From Octopus sinensis (Eukaryota), in contig NW_021835654.1 in NCBI RefSeq assembly GCF_006345805.1, forward strand, positions 1 to 38,863: a stretch of 38,863 nucleotides of DNA. Direction: 5' to 3'. The number at the start of each line of letters is the position of its first letter. The first letter of the stretch is position 1. Position numbers and translations under genes: made by a program. This document shows, piece by piece, positions 1 through 11,489 of this stretch. The notes beneath the pieces were generated by a model that made no database searches, was not told where the DNA came from, and saw nothing but the letters and a program-made list of their open reading frames with translations.

Positions 1-215
1 GAATCTTCGCAGGACGGTGTCCTGTTTTATTTTAGTTTAAAGGTGGCATGGTTTTAGCATCCGATTCTTCGACTGCTTCTGATGTGAGAGACGTGGGAGA
101 CTCAGAATCGTCCTTGTTGTCTTCAATTGCTGCTAGTTCTGGTGGGTTATTGATATCGTTGTTTCGTGATCATTCAAACAAATTACTTGCTTATTTTCAC
201 CATTTATTTCATTAA
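1..215 (+). CDS. ERCC6L: 3' end of a second ERCC6L/PICH-like gene copy (partial; the gene continues upstream of the window)
   Basis: Identical to 23062-23276, the 3' end of the PICH-like gene, including candidate intron 17-42 and candidate stop TAA at 213-215. Confidence 0.65.
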
Positions 216-506
216 AATAAAGTGTTCCTGAAATGAGATAGGAGAATACCTCCGATAAAAATGAAATTCTTGCATTTTTGTAAAAATCTTGATCTTTTTG
301 TTCTTGACAATCGCTCTGGAAATTTCTCATGTTGTAAATACTTAAGAATATCATTATATTCATTATCATCTCTTTGACTGCATTAGCTATTCTCATTTGC
401 AAAAATAATAGTTACCGGCAGACAACAATTAAATGACATTTGAAGGTTAAAATGCAAGGCCAAATTGTTACACGTCTGGCGCCCGTTTCAGTTATGGCGC
501 GTGACA
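165..506 (-). mobile_element. 5' end of a Ginger-like integrase transposon (terminus plus N-terminal exons), truncated
   Basis: The minus strand starts TGTCAC at 506, with ATG at 396. Removing a 22-nt GT-AG intron (228-249) gives ...YNDILKYLQHEKFPERLSRTKRSRFLQKCKNFIFIGG|[22 protein letters not shown], resembling the region upstream of the integrase H2C2 domain. A 2-bp indel near 370 shifts the frame in this copy. Confidence 0.7.
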
Positions 507-1182
507 ATTAATTTCTAACTTTCAAAGTGAAATTCAAACCCTTTAAAGATATGTCAATGGAAGCTATGACTGTTTGTTTTGGCGGTTTCCTCTCATTGAA
601 GCCATCCAGGACAAATTAAAGAGTTGTTAGGTTTCGTTTTCCCTTTACTGTTTGGAAAGTACACATATCAATATGATGGACAAAATTTTAAAAATGATTT
701 GAATTTGAAAAATTTTATCAAATCGAATCTTTCCTTCAGGGACGTTGAAATTTGCTTTGATATCTAATCCAAAATTGGGAATCTACATATTAATTCATTG
801 TTGATCAGAACGTTGTCTACTCTTAGATCTCCATGAAGCAAATTCTACCGATAAATGTAATACATTCCACTTGCGACAAAACAAAAAACATTATTTAAGC
901 TAACAAATTAGATAAAATTGGTGATTATGAATGAGTTTCCATTCTCACGACCTCAACTATATTTGAAAACGTGCTGTCATTATTACCGATTACGAATGTT
1001 TGATGAAGAGATGATTCAAAGCCATACAACTGCAATGGCCATCAGATATGGTTGTTGTAGCTGTTGACAGCCAAATAATTCTGCTGGCCTTTAAATAGTC
1101 CCTCGGGGTAACACTCCTACGGCTACAAAGCCGGCAGATCCAAAACGACCACACCATTTCCAGTCCACAGCGTCGGAATAAG

Positions 1183-1325
1183 ATAAATATTCTCCAATTG
1201 AACATCAACGGAGTTCATGGATTTCAAAAACTTTATTATCTCAAACAACATCGATATTGTCTTAATGCAAGAAAGCAATTAAATGAAAACACATAAAATG
1301 CCGCCCTTTAAAGTAGTGTATACTA
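1183..1325 (+). pseudogene. APE-type endonuclease N-terminal relic of a LINE
   Basis: INILQLNINGVHGFQKLYYLK, then after a frameshift NNIDIVLMQES. This is the typical first motif pair of non-LTR APE domains. Confidence 0.6.
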
Positions 1326-1789
1326 GTTTTTTACTCAATTTAGGTTTTGACACATAAAAAATATACAAACTATCATAAATTCGGTGATGGCATACAGTGT
1401 GTGGGTAGAAGTAGCCAAAAATCTTGTATAACTCAAGAGTATACGTAATACTTAATATTTTCAACATTTAGAGATTCTTCGAAGTGGATTACGTGACTAT
1501 GAAAGAGTTAATTCATGATTTTTTAAAACTTCTAAAAATTCGATGCGGATATATGTAAATCGAACTTTTCTAAATGTTTAACGAGTATGTTTTGACGGCA
1601 TGATCGATTATTTTCAATAATCAATCGTGATTGCTCCATGTTATAAACAATATCATCAATTGGTTCAAGATCTCGCCAGTCATTAAATCATGCAAAAATT
1701 AAATTTCATATAAATAATTTTAGTTACCGGGCCAAACATCCCACAAAAAACTTAAGTCATTAATCGACTAAGAAATAAACAAAGTTTTG

Positions 1790-4130
1790 GAAGGTGTTAT
1801 CCAAACTTCCACCAACATAATTTGATTCTTAATCTTGTCGAAACAAACAAATTGGGCTTGTTATTTTCCACCACGACGATGTCGGTCTTTATAAATGTGT
1901 TCACTTTGATTTCAACATTCTCATTCAACGATACAAATTCTCCCGAGTGTGTTTTTGAGTTTTTTATCATTGTTGAGGCCAATTCTCCACAAAAATGAAA
2001 GCATCTCACTAATTAATTGTGCCTCCTGACATAATCCCCATGTAATATCTTCTCAGATCTAGTGGCACAGTGATCGACGTCTTCTTCCATCTCATGCAGT
2101 GGGAACACATTGATTTATGTCCTGCAAAAAATTAATTTCTATCTTGCATGAGACAGAATAGCCTTCAGACCGTGGTGAGTTATTGCCTTTGGCCAGCCAG
2201 TGACTAGAGTTTTTGACATTCACAAAATCCTCCGTAGCCTTTTTATATAGGATGGAATGAGACATTTTGAAAAAATCTGGTCCAGTAAGTACTTGTTCTG
2301 GGCACCGACCAACAGTTTTTTGTCAAGTAAAACTGATTCTTCAAGTAAATATTTATGCTTCGAATACTTTTCAATTGTGGCTAGAAAAGTTTGTTCCAGC
2401 ATTTCGCCCTGAAGAATCGAAAAGTTTCTTTTGCAGACACCACTTGGGTTTTTAAAATCCGTAAGGAATCCAAAAACCATGAGTTCATTTAGAAAAGAAA
2501 TTGAGTTCAATCCTCTTCCAAGATTGTTACGGGGGAGGTATAATGTTTATTTGTTCGCCAGTCGAATGTTTATTTTGTATTCTGTTATCGTTCACTATTT
2601 CATATTCAAATGGCTCGATATCGACTAATCCAATATAATAGTTGTACAATGAGAGACCGTGTTCATTAATTGCTTTGAACAGGTTCACTCCATTCAGTTT
2701 TGTATTTGCTAACCTTTCAATTCGCGTGGTTACTTCTCCAAGAATTATTTTCAGCATGTCCGATTTTCGGATTTTTCTAACTGAACTCTCCAAGTTCATC
2801 AAGATACTTAACTTTTGCTTCGACTGATAACATTCGTGGCTGACTTTCCAATCCAGCTGCATGAAAATAATGATTGACCTCTTTCATTATTTGAACAATT
2901 ACATTTTCACTTTTGGAGACAAGTTCAAGTTATCGATAAAGAGAAGGTGATTTGTTGTAAATAACGTGCCCTTATTTCCTTTCCCATAGAGACCTTCAGG
3001 AAGTTATGAGATAATAAATGGCTCAAAAGGTCTAATACAAACATAAATAGAATGGGGGACAAACTATCCCCCTCTCGATGCGTAAATCTCGAATGGACTT
3101 GCCATTTAGCCTTAGTTTTACTCTCCATCTGGTAGCCATCGACTCAACAAACTTGACAAGACTTTTCCAAATCTGTATCAGAAAAACGTGATCTACTGAA
3201 TCAAATGCTTTCTGACGTCAATCCATGCAACATGGAGTTTGTAGCCATTCGCTTTGTTCAACTCTTTCTTCACTAATGCTTGTTCTTTTGCCTCCTGCTT
3301 GTCCCTAGTTGATTTTCAGAGAGAAAGCCGGAAGCTTCCACTAAATCGCCAAGCTTGGTATTTACACATTTAGTCATCATTTTATAGAGAGCCGGCATAC
3401 ATGTTATAGGCCATAACTCTTTTGGGGACACGGGATTTTCACATTTCGGAATAAGATGTGTCACCCCTGTGTAAAACCAGTCTCCAGGAGTGGTTTCTCC
3501 ATTTATGACATTAAGCATCTGCTCGAAGATTGACTATGATATGAACTTCTTTAGGAAGAAATTATACACACCATCACAGCCTGGGACCTTCCAATTTTGC
3601 AAATATTTAACCATCTCCTGAAATAAAAATTTCGAGATGGGACTGTTACGCCTTCTACTTCAGTCATCCTCTTCTTAATCTCCACAGTCTGACCACTCAA
3701 CTGTTTTTTCCGCAACATATTCTCCCAATATGTTCCAAACTTTTCATTATCCACGCGTATAAGGTTTCAGTCTTGCCCCCTTCAATCATCTGTAAAAAGC
3801 TTTCTGATTAAGCTCAGATTTGTGATTGTCTAGTCGGAATCCTTTTATTGTCTCGTGCGTAGATAATCTCTTTTTAATCACCATTATTCTTTCATTTATT
3901 AAGGAAATTATTTTTGCTTTTTCTCCAGAGTTTTCCTTTTATATCCAACGAGGGATAATGAAGGGCAAGCAAGTGTCTTTTTTCAGTCGTGAGTGATTTT
4001 GCAAAGAACTTTTCGACACAGGCTTGTTCCCCATTGCTCAATTTTTCCCTCCAAAGATATTCTCTATTCTAGAGAAAAAGAAAACTTTAGTCGAATTATA
4101 GTTTTAAAATGTTTTCTCTTCACATAAAAT
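1790..4130 (-). mobile_element. R4/Dong-like non-LTR retrotransposon relic (RT + CCHC + RLE), frameshifted
   Basis: Ordered fragments: WFYTGVTHLIPK..PITCMPALYK (3273-3518), VAWIDVRKAFDSV (about 3200-3250), GDSLSPILF (2925-3128), KLNGVNLFKAINEH (2527-2862), DYVRRHN..VRCFHF and NKPNLFV..EV (1797-2060). Confidence 0.85.
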
Positions 4131-4227
4131 TACACTCAACCCTCTCAAATTGGCCATTTTTGGTTCCTTCAATTTTGTTGGCCAATTTGAGAAATGGCCA
4201 ATTAAAGAATAAAATCGATAATTTTAC

Positions 4228-4307
4228 AAAGAATACTTTAATTTACCTTCAGTTAGCATAATTTTTTAAAGAATGCTTTAATTTATCTTCAGTTAGCATA
4301 ATTTTTT
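4228..4307 (+). repeat. 40-bp tandem duplication (2 copies, 2 mismatches)
   Basis: aaagaat(a/g)ctttaattta(c/t)cttcagttagcataatttttt occurs twice in tandem. Confidence 0.9.
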
Positions 4308-4346
4308 AAATTTAAAGAAATTAAAAAAATCTTAATTTTTTAAAGT

Positions 4347-5339
4347 TTTTTGTTTTTTTTTTTTTTTTTTTTTTGATGAAAACCAACCAATAACTAAAGT
4401 TATTAATTAAAAGCTTCAAGTGCGGGAAGCCGACGCGATCGAGAAAGAATTAGAGCGTACTATCGCAAGGGATATCCGCTCGAAAACCATCTCGATTCGC
4501 GGGCGTCGCCTGTGATGGCAGACATGCGGGATCCGATCTCCTGAACGAAGCTGATTGCCTTACTGCCCAAGGAACCGGAAGTCTCAACCGCGAATGGAAG
4601 GAATTGGAACTTCTCCGTAAGTGAGGAGTACTTCCGCATCTTTTTGCATTCCGCGGTTGTGACAATAGATCCAGGAGCGGAGGCCGACATCAGCAGGTTC
4701 TGAGGCAAGAAGAGTCCACACACGTGGCATCCCAGGTGAGAGGCTTCCCCTGTTGTGAAAGGAAACACAGTTATCCCGTCAGGCCTTTTTCCGTCTCCCC
4801 GATCGATCCAGTGGTTCAAGCAGGGAGGGGATCCGGCGACTTCCAGTGCTCTCCTGATAAGGTCGTTAAGAGCGGCGTGACGCGGGATGCGGCCAGCACT
4901 GCGTCTGCACGATAGAGCGTGCAATCCAAAGCGACAGATTTTCGCGCCACAGCGGCAGACATGTGGCTCGCATAGGCGAAGACTGAGACGTAAACAGATT
5001 CCAGTGCGTACGCTCGCAGTCCAGAAGGTTCCCAATGCTCGGCAGTGGAGTGGCATTTAGCCAGGCTCCGCTGTGAGGGCGACATGCCGTCTCAAAGCAG
5101 GCAAGCGGTGTTGGTCGAAAGATGTACGTAAAGATTGGATTCGGGATTGTAGGCGGACTTCGTCCCAAACAAATTGCTTATGCTGATCCTCTGGGATTTC
5201 CAGTCCTAGCGAGTGCCACTTTACGACCGCCGATGATAACTCAGAGGGCACGTAATGTTCAAAATCGGTTGGAAGAACCGTGCCCATGAGTTTCTGGCAT
5301 GAAGAAAGTGACGACAGGTAGGCAGGCAGTGCAACATCA
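4347..5339 (-). mobile_element. 5'-truncated CRE-like RLE retrotransposon
   Basis: Poly(A) tail appears as the T-run at about 4347-4374. TSD TTAAAGT at 4340-4346 and 5340-5346. ORF fragments: AWLNATPLPSIGNLLD, CRCG..GLHALSC, RGDGKRPDGITVFPF, FLPFAVETSG. Confidence 0.9.
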
Positions 5340-5739
5340 TTAAAGTAAAATTTAATTCCTATTTGTTTTTTTAGATATCAGTATATTTTCTTTGTAACGT
5401 CTTATAGATGAGATTAGTAAGACATCATTCTCGTTTTCAATTTTCCCAGTCATCCAAGCAAGCTGGGAGTTATAAAATTTGTGGCCAATTTGAGAATTTA
5501 AATATCAATTCAAAAGAAAAATCGTCATTGGCAGATAGCCATATGGCCATTTTGCAAAATTGGCCATTTTGCAGAGTTTTTTCAATTTTCCAGAGGTAAA
5601 TTGTTAAAAATGGCCAATTTGAGAGGGTTGAGTAAATCTAACGATATCCCACAGCTGTAACTTACTTAACAGTCTTGAATGTTGGTCTCCATGTATTAAT
5701 TTGAGTTCAAAAGTCTAACTCGTGAGGAAAAATTACATT

Positions 5740-6431
5740 TAAAATAATATCTCCTTCAGCCCGACATAAAAGGAGATTGCGATCCTTAAGCAATCATTAT
5801 CCACCAGATTCCCGATAGAACGGAGAGGGAGAGCCTTTAACCAAACACTGCTGTGTTGATAGCGATTTGCACGTACGCAAGCGAGTCAGTGTTGATTGAA
5901 AACAGAGGCCAGGTCTTGAAAGTCGCCTGACAAGAGATCTCGTCCCATTCCCGCTAGATAGACGGAGAATTCGGTAGTCTCTAACCAAACCAGGCTTCCC
6001 ACCATCCAAAACCGTCCCAGCGCACAGATAAAGATGCCCGGGTCTAGCCGGAATCGTCGAAGGCCAGATTGCAGAGTGAGCTCTTTCCCAGCCTGAAAAT
6101 ATGGCCAAAGTCGAAAAGAAAGTCACATCTGTGAAAAGTTGTTTCGAAAAAGGAAAAGAGCCACATGAGGCTCGATGACTTTAAGCTTCTTGATTATTTT
6201 GAATAGATTTGAGATTTTTTCAGAAAGTAAGCTTTCAAGGGCAGAAAGACTGTAATTCGGATGTCGGAAAGAATACTTCGGCACGTAGAAGTTACGGCAG
6301 TGAACGGATTTGGATTCAGAATGACTGTTCACGATTTCGGATTTGTCGGCATTTATAGATAGGGAAGAGAGAGTGTAGGTCGTCGAAATCAACATCGATA
6401 GGACCATAAATGGTTGCTTCATCTATGTACC
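5740..6431 (-). pseudogene. CRE-like RT thumb/linker relic (second subfamily)
   Basis: LSINADKSEIVN..EPHVALFLFRN (6123-6422), SSLCNLAFDDSG*TRASLSVRW, WLKALPLRSIGNLVDNDCLRIAI across frameshifts. Confidence 0.7.
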
Positions 6432-6689
6432 AAATGTTAATAGGGGATCGGACAGATACTATTAACGTCCAGAGAAAAAACCACGGGGCCTAGGGGATTA
6501 TCCTATGGAGATATGAACTTTGTCAAACATTAATTCACGAATCTAATAAATACAGTAAAACCTCTCGAATCCGCCGATTTTGGGACCGACCAAAAAATCG
6601 GCTCTGAAAGCTTCTGAAAGATTAACTCTTTTCTCATTTGATTCCTCTTCAATAATTGTTTCCTAAGTATAATTATTAAATAAAATCAC

Positions 6690-7423
6690 GGTACTGTTGC
6701 ATTTCATTCTGCACGAAAATAGCCTTTAAATGAATTAATGAAAATTTTTATGAATATTAGATCGAAAATTTAAAAAATTGAACTATGCCGATTTTGTAAA
6801 TTTTATTTTTAAAAAAATTTGAATTTTTACCGGCTTAGTGGTTCCAACAATACTGACAGAATTAAATCTGAGCTATTAACGACCACCTGTCTAAAAAGAC
6901 ACAGTTGTCGGTTAATAAAGATGCTTATCATCATTCCCTCAGTGAAAAAATCTTTATTACAACAAAAAGGTCAGCTGGTTGTAAGAAGCGTGATATCGGC
7001 GGACAAAATTGACAATGGCATCTATTAGCTCATCGAAGGAGTTATCTAAATGGCTCACTTGAACTATATGTTCGACACCCACTTTTATGGCACACCCATG
7101 TTGTATTCCCCTGCTGTTGGAGAAGGGTCATAAAATGTCTGTTTTGACATTTTTTTTCTTTAGGAAAGATTCCATCCTCTTGAAGGAAGGCAACTGACTC
7201 CATTTCAGTACGGGGAAGTTCATAGTCCTTCAGTTTTGCAAATTTTCGCATGACAACTGTATCATTCATCTCCACAAGACGGTAAAAAATTCAAATTTTT
7301 TTAAAAATAAAATTTACAAAATCGGCATAGTTCAATTTTTTAAATTTTCGATCTAATATTCATAAAAATTTTCATTAATTTATTTAGAGGCTATTTTCGT
7401 GCAGAATGAAATGCAACAGTACC
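6690..7423 (-). mobile_element. Merlin (IS1016-like) element, internally deleted
   Basis: About 143-bp TIRs starting GGTACTG (6690-6832 and 7280-7423). Perfect 8-bp TSD AAAATCAC. ORF 7042-7275 reads LPRTEMESVAFLQEDGIFPKEKKC..WVCHKSGC, like the Merlin N-terminus. Confidence 0.88.
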
Positions 7424-8102
7424 AAAATCACTAACTGATTGAATTTTTTTTGACTGTAATGTATCAGTTTGTTCAGATTTTTCTAAAAATTCAATTAGCT
7501 CTTCATTTTCAGTATATCCATAATCAACAAATTCACTATAAGATATTGGATCGTCAATTTGAAATTTCTTAATTATTTCTTTATAATTATTTTCGCAGTT
7601 CTTAGATTCATTGTTGATTGTGATTGTTTCACATTGTGCATGACGGAAACAATTTTTGATGGTCGTAGGAGTAATTTTATTCAAAGCAAAGGATGATAAC
7701 GTCGCAGCAGTTTTAAGGGTGATTGCATTAATTGCATTCTGACAATTTTCCCCTACCTCAACCTTTTCGATTATATCATTTATTTTCAAATTGGTAAATT
7801 CGGCTTTAAAGGATTTTATAATTCCTTGATCCATTGGTTGCAAGACCGAGGAATTTCTAGAAGGCCAAAAAAGAATTTCAATAGAGTTTAACGTGACAAT
7901 ATTTTGATGAGATGGGCATTGATCTATTGCAAGTAGAATTTTTCTTTTTTTCTTTGCAAGTTCACAATCAAAATCACTGAGCCACTTGTTAAAATTTCAC
8001 GGTTCATCCATGCCTTATTGAATGGGTGTAGGTAACATATTTTCCAATGTTGAAATTTTTAAACACCTTGGACTTTTGAATCTTCCTATCATTACAGGCC
8101 TT

Positions 8103-8299
8103 TCGGAGATCGGCTTGATGATCTCAAGGAAGAGTCACAGGAGACGTGAGTCTAAATGGCTTTTTCAGCGCATTTCGCTCGCGATATTGCGCGGAAACTG
8201 CTTGTCTATTCGCTCGTCCTCTCAATCAAAAAATTAACGTGGATGAATTAGAATTTAATTTTATAGAAACTTTTGACACAAGAAAAGTTAAAAATGTCA
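8103..8299 (+). mobile_element. 197-bp CRE-like 3' end insertion
   Basis: ESKWLFQRISLAILRGNCLSI followed by an A-rich tail. TSD TACAGGCCTT at 8093-8102 and 8300-8309. Removing it rejoins the Tigger sequence SDKRRPV|MIGRFKSPRC. Confidence 0.85.
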
Positions 8300-9062
8300 T
8301 ACAGGCCTTCTTTTATCGGAACCGGAACAATTCGCGCATAATAGTAAAGAAAATCGATCATTCGACAACTGTATTCCAGGCCTTGATTTAGTGCACACAC
8401 TTTTAGAAAGAATCGCCTTGTAAAAAACACCAGTTTCATCTGCATAATAAACATTGTCCAATACATATTGTTCAATTTTTAAACTGATTGTTTCATTAAA
8501 ATCAGCATAGATTTTTCATCATGATTCCATGAAATTTTCTTAATTTGATACCATTTCGTAATTTAAACTTTTCTAGCCACCCACGAGTTGCTTTAAATGC
8601 TGGATGAATTTTTCCAAATTTAAGAGCTTTTTCAATTAACATCGAATCTCATAGAATTGCTCCACTAGATTCCATTAAGTCAATCCATGTTATCATCGCC
8701 ACATCAATTTCATTAAATTTGTGTTTGGAATTCTCGTAATGTTTAATTTTTTGATATCAGTCCGATTTTGTTTATAGTTCTCGGGGAAATTTTCTTTTTT
8801 AATCGTGAAGAAAAAATCCTAGAATAACGTAATATAGAAATTTTTTCGTTGATAAAAAGTCTAACACAACGACACATAAAAAAATACAATTTAACGTGTA
8901 ATGAAAGTTTTAAAATGTTAATTAATTTAACTTACAATTAGATAAAAATTTATTTTTCACAATACTTGAGGAGCAGATTCGAGAATCATTTATAGGAAAT
9001 TTCAAATTTTTGATTAAAGCAAGCGGATTCGAAAAGCAGTGGATTCGAAAGGTTTCACTGTA

Positions 9063-9829
9063 GCCGCTTCGCAGCCATTTGGAACACCGAACCCAACCGC
9101 AACGCTATTTAGGGCAAAAAACAAACTTAATCATGAACCATCACTATTGTACTTAGAAATCGTTTACCCATAACAAAAACCCTCAAAATTCTGGTTATTC
9201 TTTTGGACAAGCCAATGAAAGTTTAAGACTAATATACGAACGAATTCTGTTTGACTGTAATTTCATAATTCACTTTAGAATTTGTGAAAGAACGCTGTTC
9301 TTGTGGTGCATTATAATATCATTGTTTCATCATCTTATTTCATTCACTCATTCCATTCATTTCTTTTCTTATCCTTTTTTCATTCCATGTATTTCATTGT
9401 ATCAATCTATGCTATCCCTTTCCCATTTCTTGCCGTCTATCTTGTAGCCATGTCAACGCCTGGAAACCTGGCCGTCTTTGCGTTTAATGTAATGGGTATT
9501 TTCACCTATTCTGCGTCAAATTCAAAAAGCGTGATTCGGCGTCAATATTTGCATGGAAATGTCCCAAGTGTCACTGTGTGATGGTCAAACCTCCCAAACG
9601 CTCTACCCTCATTTCACCTGACAAATTTTTGTCGCTCTCTCGAAATTCCGGAGCGCCCGCGTGATCTCTGCCAGGATCCCAAAACAGCAAGAATTTGCGT
9701 TGCTGATACTCTGTCGAACCTAATCAATCAGGTCAGAAGCCTTGTGCAAATTATTCTCGTTTTCTTTTATTTGTCTTGGTGCGGCCCCAGGAAAACGGCG
9801 GCAGTAAATCGGATATCTGTGGCTCAGGC
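9063..9829. repeat. Unclassified repeat-derived segment, partly duplicated at 27915-28590
   Basis: 9063-9110 and about 9390-9829 align with 27915-27960 and about 28135-28590. The intervening parts are non-homologous. No family could be assigned. Confidence 0.6.
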
Positions 9830-10188
9830 GAAGACCGAGACGTAAACAAATTCCAGTCCGTACGGACTCACTGTCCAGAAGGTTCCCAATACTCGGCAGT
9901 GGAGTGGCATTTAGCCAGGCTCCGCTGTGAGGGCGACATGTCGTCTCAAAGCAGGCCAAGCGGCGTTGGTCGAGGGATTTACGTAACGCTTGGATGCGGG
10001 ATTGTAGGCGGACTTGGTCCCAAACAAATTGCTTATACTGATCTTTTGGAATTTCCAATCCTAGCGAGTGCCACTTCAGGACCGCCGATGATAACTCAGA
10101 GGGCACGTAATGTTCAAAATCGGTTGGGAGAACCGTGCCCATGAGTTTCTGGCAAGAAGAAAGTGACGACAGGTAGGCAGGCAGTGCG
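9820..10188 (-). mobile_element. CRE-like internal fragment (same family as 4347-5339)
   Basis: About 93% identical by eye to 4965-5332. ORF 9720-10142 reads MGTVLPTDFEHYVPSELSS..AWLNATPLPSIGNLLDSE. Confidence 0.9.
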
Positions 10189-10690
10189 ATTTATAAAATG
10201 AATAATGAAAAAGTTGTCCGATAAAAAATCTTTTTTTGTCATCTAAAATTAAATGAAATAGAAAATTTTAAACATCATATAACTTTTTATTTACTTGGAT
10301 TGAAGAATGAAATTGAAAATATATACCTGAAATTAATGAAGTAGATCTTGAGCCTTTTGTCAATTCTTATTTCGTAAAAGTTCATGATTTACCTTCAAAT
10401 ATTCAAAAAGAATTTATTGAATTAATAAATTCTCACAAGTCAAAAATCTTATTTGAATCTGCACCATTAATTGAATTTTGGTGCAAAATGATATCAAAAT
10501 ATCACAACATTGGATCTTATATAATCGATTTTTTGCTTTTGTTTCCGACTACATATCTCTAAGAACAAGGATTTTCATCGTTTTTAGTTTAAAATCAGTT
10601 CATCGTGCGAGGCTGAATGTTGTTCATGATATTCGAGCGTGTCTTTCGTCAAGGGATCCAGAAATCGATAGATTAATTCCCTGGCGACAA
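10189..10690 (+). pseudogene. hAT Buster-type (ZBED5/SCAND3-like) transposase C-terminal relic
   Basis: EFIELIN..LIEFWCKM..FPTTY(LC)EQGFS..LKSVHRARLNVVHDIRACLSSRDPEIDRLI across frameshifts. Confidence 0.85.
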
Positions 10691-10860
10691 TAATGATTTT
10701 GTCCTATCTTATACGGATGACATTGTATTGGCCTCACGGGATCGGGAGATCTAGAAGACCTCTGAAAGCCTGCCTCTTTGGCTAATCGATAAAAGGCTCG
10801 TTGTTAACGGTGCGAAGTTCGTTATGTTCCTTTTCACATCTGATAAAAGATTAAAAAGAA
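10691..10860 (+). pseudogene. Non-LTR reverse transcriptase fragment (YxDD)
   Basis: FVLSYTDDIVLASRDRE...LVVNGAK; duplicated at the end of the window. Confidence 0.6.
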
Positions 10861-11489
10861 GACAATCGCTTTGAAGCAGGACAACTTGGCCATACCGTTC
10901 AATTCAAACGTGAAATGAGATGGGGCATCATGTCCGGACATGTCATGACTGGAATACTCAACGTGGGCGGATCGGGAAGTCGGCAGGACAGTTTGAGGAT
11001 TCGTGGTAGGCCTGGTGAGGTGAGGAGAGAGATGACCAATTCATCCACGTCGGACGGTCGTATATCTCCTCACTGTCGACTGAGTTGTTCATCTAATGTG
11101 CAAAGAGTGGGTCACCTTGCATTTGCTGTCATTGCCATACTTGTGTAAGTATTGTTGGCAAAGTAGTTCACCTGTCTCTCAGAACGGCCATCAAGTCTAC
11201 TAGAATAGTGTGGGAGGGTGAACATGGGGGTCATGTCTGCCCAAGTCGTTGATTAGCATGACCATATCACCCGCCTGAGCAATCATTTCGCGTCTTCTAT
11301 TAGAGTAGAATGACCCCATCTCCTCTTCGCACACATCAATGAGTTTGTGGACAAGTCGGTAGTCGAGAATGGCCTGTTTGGCCAGCATCCTTATTTCGAT
11401 CGAGTTGAATAGGAGAACATGTCCGAGTAGTCTGTGCACACAGCAATGGAGGAGTGAATGGCGGGGAACAGGAAAAACAAATCCTACCA

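Larger units (their letters stand above)
4133..5634. mobile_element. pogo/Tc1-mariner-type non-autonomous element (MITE) carrying a CRE insertion
   Basis: Left end TA|CACTCAACCCTCTCAAATTGGCCATTTTT; right end AAAAATGGCCAATTTGAGAGGGTTGAGTA. TGGCCA motifs recur subterminally. The right TA duplication is degraded. Confidence 0.75.
6553..9060 (-). mobile_element. pogo/Tigger DNA transposon with nested Merlin and CRE insertions
   Basis: TA-flanked TIRs CAGTAAAACCTCTCGAATCC / CAGTGAAACCTTTCGAATCC. Transposase motifs on the minus strand: ATRGWLEKFKLRNGI (CENP-B HTH), YADETGVFY, NKAWM, AIDQCPSH, QPMDQGIIKSFK. Confidence 0.9.
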
